From: Mobula hypostoma
Lineage: Eukaryota
Assembly (NCBI RefSeq): GCF_963921235.1
Contig: NC_086107.1
Coordinates: forward strand, 109,184,001-109,248,000
Reading direction: 5' to 3'
Length of the DNA: 64,000 nucleotides
The notes beneath the pieces are model-generated. The model had not been told where the DNA came from. It saw only the letters and a program-made list of their open reading frames with translations, and did no database searches. The position numbers and the translations under genes are program-made. Every line of letters begins with the position of its first letter. The stretch's first letter is position 1. Positions 61,711 through 64,000 of this stretch are shown here, one piece after another.

Positions 61711-62790
61711 ATGTGGGAAATGGAAGGAGCTGAAGATGGTCAGCTCTCAAAGAGCAATCTGACTGCAAACACATCTTTTCAGAACCAGGATAACATGAAC
61801 CACGTGATGATCACGTCACTGCTGGGAGCCGCGCTCAGCACCATCTGCACCTTTGGCATGGCGGGCAACGTCTACACCCTGGTGGTCACCACTCATTGCA
61901 TGAGGTCGACCAGCTCCATGCACGTCTACATCACGAACCCCGCTCTGGCTGACCTGCTCTACCTGCTCACTGTCCCCTTGGTCATGTGCACCCACTTTGC
62001 CAAGGACTGGTACGTTGAGGAGCTGGGCTGCAGAGTCCTCTTCAGCCTCGACTTCCTGACCATGTACACCAGCATCTTCATCCTCACTGTCATGAGGGTG
62101 GAGGGGTACAGGGCAGTGGTGTTGCCACTGGAGCACCAGGCTCTCAAGGGTGCGCAGGAAAGTAGTCGCTGCCATCATCTGGCAGTTGTCCTGCCTTCTG
62201 AGCCTCCCCATGATGATCATGATCCACCTAAGAGTAAGTCCTGAGCTGGCCAGGACACCAAAGAGGATCTGCTATCCGTCCTGGCAACCCAGCTCTTACA
62301 GGTCTACCTCACCGTTCTATTCAACACCAGCATCCTCGCTCCAGGTATTGTCATTGGATATCTGTACGTCCGACTGGCGCAGGTCTACTTGCATTCAGGT
62401 GGGATGAAAGCAGAGAGGAGGAACGTTAAGTGGAAGCAGAAGGTTTTCTTCATGATCTTCGGCATCGTCTTGGCGTGCTGGGCCTGCTTTGTTCCCTTCT
62501 GGACCTGGCAGCTGGTGAAGCTGTACAGCCGCGGGTGGCTGAGGCTGGCGCCGGTGTCCCATGCCCGCGTCAACTTCTGCGTGACCTGCCTGACCTACAG
62601 CAACAGTTGCGTCAACCCCTTCCTCCGCACCCTGCTCAGAAAGAACTACAAGGAGAGCTCGGCGCAGTGCAGGACAAGCTCAGGGCCTTGGCTCGCCGTG
62701 AGGAGAGGGCCGAGGGGAGGTCAGGGGACCGAGCACTCGGCTGTGCTGAGGGCTACCTTGAGAGCAAGTGAAGAGGGACCCAATATTTGA
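61711..62790 (+). pseudogene. UTS2R: Urotensin-II receptor family GPCR, frameshifted (probable pseudogene)
   Basis: Acceptor TTTTGTTTCAG (ends 61695), then GCCATG at 61711. Three frame segments (ORFs 61687.., 62150.., 62389..) join to a 7TM receptor with UTS2R-type motifs: GNVYTLVV, LADLLYLLTVP, GCRVLFSLDFLTM, YLTVLFNTSILAPG, WACFVPFWTWQL, TCLTYSNSCVNPFL.TLL.KNYKE. Frameshifts near 62132 and 62302; TGA at 62242-62244. Confidence 0.88.
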
Positions 62791-64000
62791 AGGCAGAGCT
62801 TAGGAGGGTTAATGGCGATTCCTTTGCTTGCATTTTCAGAAATAGCTCTATTTCCATCTTTAATATCGCTATTTTTCCCTTTCAGGGTTCTTTTGAAGAC
62901 CCTGACCTGGAGTTACATGCTGACTATGTTTCTTTGTGGGAATGGGACCCGTTCTTGGGGTTTCATAGGTGGCCATTGTTGTTCAGCGCGCCAAAGGCTC
63001 GGCCTAAGAGTCCGGCTCGGATTCAGAAGCCTAAGATCTCGGGGCTCTGGAGATGGGCGGATCGAGGGTCGGTGTCACGACAGGAGACCCATGTGTCGTC
63101 AGGGGAGTCGGGATATCTGCAGTTGTGTGCCCAGTTTTTTAGGCCCAGAGCTCGAGAAAAGCGACGTGGCGGACTTTTAACATCGTAAACCAGCGAGTTG
63201 TTTGTTACGTCTCCCCGCTCGCTGGGAAAACAGAGATACCTCTTTCTCCCTTATTAGGGAAAGAGAGAACCTGTGGTATGTCGAATACTGGGTGAAACAC
63301 GAAGTCTTTGGGGGAACTGCAAGTCTGTGTCTTTGCTGTTGCTTTGCTCACACTTGAGTGCTCGGTGGTGGGTGCTGATGCTTATTTTTTGACGGTGGGG
63401 GGAGGGCAGATTTTTGCTCACTGCTCTTACGCATGAGAGGGGGGAGCTGGGGGGGGGCTTTGAGGTTCTAACTTTTAACTGTTGTTCATTCTTTGGGGCA
63501 CTCCTCCGTTTTCGTGGATGTTTGTGAAGAAAAAGCATTTCAGGATGTATATTGTATACATTTCTCTGACATTAAATTGTGCCTTTGAACCTTTAATGGA
63601 CTGGCTTGGAACTGTGAGTAACTACTGGACTTTTTTATGCTTGCACTTAGAGACACAGCACGGAGAAGGTCCTTTCTGCCCCTCAAGCCGTGCTGCCCTA
63701 GCAACCCCTGGCCTAATCATGGGACCAATTAACCAACCAATCGATACTTCTTTGGACTTTGACAGGAAACCGGAGCACCTAGAGAAAACCAACGCATTCC
63801 ACGAATGACATTGGAACTGAACTCTGAACTCCGACACCCTGAGATGTAGTGTTGCCACACTGACCGCTGCGTTACCACGGCACCCACAGTGCGAAAGATT
63901 TCTTCATCCCTAAGTTAAAATGTGACGAGAGTTGAGTGAGCCTCCCTCCCATGCACAACTCTCCCCCACTAATCGTCTACCAGAGGCCATTCAGCCAGTC

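Noticed and set aside
62120..62310. A small intron or programmed frameshift rescuing UTS2R
   Set aside because: The shifted segment encodes TM4 and ECL2, which the receptor needs; there is no slippery sequence, and independent motif decay points to a pseudogene.

Overview
Eukaryotic (vertebrate) genomic DNA, very probably from a cartilaginous fish (shark/ray): the repeats are dominated by CR1-type LINEs, V-domain (HE1-like) SINEs, Rex1/Babar-like LINEs and Penelope-like elements. Two host genes lie on the + strand. (1) The last five coding exons of an ADAP1/centaurin-alpha-type gene (ArfGAP with dual PH domains) at 5840-34700, with canonical GT-AG sites, an intact spliced frame and a 3' UTR to about 35960. 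(2) A single-coding-exon urotensin-II receptor (UTS2R-family GPCR) at 61711-62790 that looks pseudogenised: two frameshifts, an intervening stop, and decayed ERY/NPxxY motifs. Most of the rest is nested retroelements. The most striking unlabelled structure is a family of Penelope-derived termini carrying minimal type-I hammerhead ribozyme motifs (CUGANGA...GAAACGUC) in a dozen or more copies. Several of these form short, TSD-flanked, non-coding fold-back insertions, and a second unrelated hammerhead/fold-back family is also present. Other features: a long decayed R4/Dong-type LINE split by a Rex1-like LINE immediately before its YMDD motif, Tc1-type MITEs, tRNA-headed SINEs with swapped tails, a 51-bp G-rich minisatellite, a 90/93-bp codon-preserving tandem repeat, and a 303-bp near-identical duplication upstream of the receptor. 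All family assignments come from motif recognition by eye, not from database searches.
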